DNA from: Pseudovirgaria hyperparasitica
Taxonomy: Eukaryota
Reading direction: 5' to 3' (one strand)
Length of the DNA stretch: 64,000 nucleotides
Assembly (NCBI GenBank): GCA_010093815.1
Contig: ML996571.1
In this document: positions 62,281-64,000 of the stretch, piece by piece
Numbering within the stretch: the stretch's first letter is position 1
Layout: every line of letters begins with the position of its first letter
Position numbers and translations under genes: made by a program
The notes under the pieces: model-generated
Seen by the model: only the letters and a program-made list of their open reading frames with translations
The model's database searches: none
Told to the model about the DNA's origin: nothing

Positions 62281-63177
62281 TGATGGTGATGATTAAAGGC
62301 TGCTGCCACGAATTACATAGGTACGACACGTGACCAAGCACGGACTCTAGGTAATGAATAATATGGACGTGGGAGTCCAATACGACGGAACTATTGCGGA
62401 TGACATGGCAACTCTAATAATAATCACCCATCATCGATCTTCCACCGGATTAGACGGAATGCAGCGAAACCTAATAACCTGTTGCACTATTACTAGCTGA
62501 TACCTTAGTCGGGACAAAGCCCCGCTTCTAAGCTGCCGCATCTGCTTCTATATAGGCCTCGCTCTCGCCCGCGATCGCCCTCGGGTGTTTGCCTCTCGCC
62601 TCTCGCCGACAAGCCACTATAACTAATTAGAATACGTACTGCCCCAGTAGTCGCCAAATGTGGCCGTCTGCTGTTGCTGCTGCTGCTTACTTACGATGCG
62701 TTAATCATGAAAAGAGATGACAGCGAGCGAGAGAGAGTCTTGAGCAAGGAAACGACAAGGACCTCGACTTTGCCTGTAACAGCTACTGTTCCTGCTGCGT
62801 GAGATCCGATCCCTAGCTGGTCTGTCCTGTCGTGTCTTTTACTCTCCGCCAGCCTGTAAGAATAGTCCACACACACACTCCTCTCCATTTGGACGGCTTG
62901 AATTGGTTCCGCTTACAAGAGCCGTTAGCATTGTCTTCCAAGTGCATCTGCTACTCACTTCCCATCAAAACTCTTCTCCACCGCGCGCCACCCTCTTCGC
63001 ATCTCTCTGACCTCCCACCGTACCCTCGACATTCCTCTATTCTCCCGGAGCACGACCTTCTCTATCGTAATGTTGCCCGACTGAATCAATCGCTGAATAC
63101 CGACATACTTCTTTCCTCGGCTGCCCGCAAGGCCGCTCTCGCGCCATCTCCATTCGCTACTATATACTACATACACT

Positions 63178-64000
63178 ATGTTGGCCTCACGACTTTTACG
63201 TTATTTCGCTGCGGCGACCGCCTCATTACATATTGGTCATGTCAATGCGATAGACATGGATCCCGATGACCACAGTACGTGTTCCACCCTACTCCGGTGC
63301 TTGGGCGTTGTTGCCTGAGGTTTCGGTACGATGGCTATGCACGTCACCATCAGAACCGTCGGAGCCGAAGTCTTGGCATGCCGCGACCGCGATCACAGCA
63401 TACAACCGCCTTCGCCATCTCGCGCGACCATGCATTGCTGACTGCTTGCAGATAGTGTCAAAGCTGCTGCGTCGACCGTTGCTCATGGTCTCATGAGCTA
63501 TTACCATGGAAATGAATCTGGTCAGCCTGTTGGTTGGCTGCCAAGTCCTTACTACTGGTGGCTCGCCGGTGCCATGTTTGGAGAGGTCTGTCTTTGCGAG
63601 TTGTGCGCTACTGGGAGGCTTCAATGCTGACTGTGCATAGATGGTAGAATACTGGTACTATACCGGTGATGACACATACAATGATTTGGTCATTAAAGGC
63701 CTGCAGGCGCAGGTTGGCGATAACCAAGATTATGAGCCGCTGAATGTCACGAAACAGCTGGTGCGTCGCCTCATTCTTGCACAGAGTCATAGGCTACCTA
63801 CTAATTCAGATCGCAGGGCAACGATGACCAAGACTTCTGGGCATACGCTGTGCTCAGCGCTGCCGAGCTCAAGTTCCCCGATCCACCCCAAGGCCAGCCT
63901 TCGTGGCTTGCGCTCGCTCAAGCCGTCTTCAACAGGCAAATTTCGCGATGGGACGCCCAGACCTGTGGCGGAGGTCTGAGATGGCAGGTCTTTTCCTTCA
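63178..64000 (+). CDS. GH76 Dfg5/Dcw1-like mannan endo-1,6-alpha-mannosidase; runs off the window end; 3 introns visible
   Basis: Signal peptide; [34 protein letters not shown] (catalytic DD), TCGGGLRWQ. Confidence 0.94.

Noticed and set aside
62180..62380. YD/YV-repeat ORF
   Set aside because: Translation of a hexamer microsatellite downstream of the zincin-like gene
1..64000. CRISPR arrays, tRNA/rRNA, intact transposons, PKS/NRPS
   Set aside because: No repeat-spacer structure, cloverleaf, transposase/RT or synthase motifs recognised by eye

Overview
Gene-dense stretch of a filamentous ascomycete (Pezizomycotina, possibly Dothideomycete) nuclear chromosome, judged from short GT..AG introns with CTRAC branch sites and the gene families present. 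About 30 protein-coding genes were reconstructed by hand across introns, including PCC1, which the ORF track misses. Core genes (group II G-alpha, COX24/mS38, SDH5, OSH3, PCC1, dynein light intermediate chain, IST3, SYF2, SDS3, GH76) are interleaved with secreted and accessory metabolic genes. Most notable: (1) a small secreted precursor with three homologous amphipathic Gln-starting modules, RR dibasic sites and a 4x9-aa internal repeat (KEP-like peptide precursor); (2) a divergent LtnD/3-hydroxyisobutyrate-dehydrogenase-like plus class II aldolase pair with clustered CreA-type sites near an MFS transporter (candidate sugar-acid catabolic module lacking its kinase); (3) a probable pair of unannotated H/ACA snoRNAs; (4) an in-frame TAA interrupting the PGC1-like gene; (5) a secreted zincin-like protein with HELMR instead of HExxH; (6) an exact 11-bp-period TCGGG array. 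No tRNA, rRNA, CRISPR array or intact transposon was recognised. All family calls are from motif recognition without database searches.
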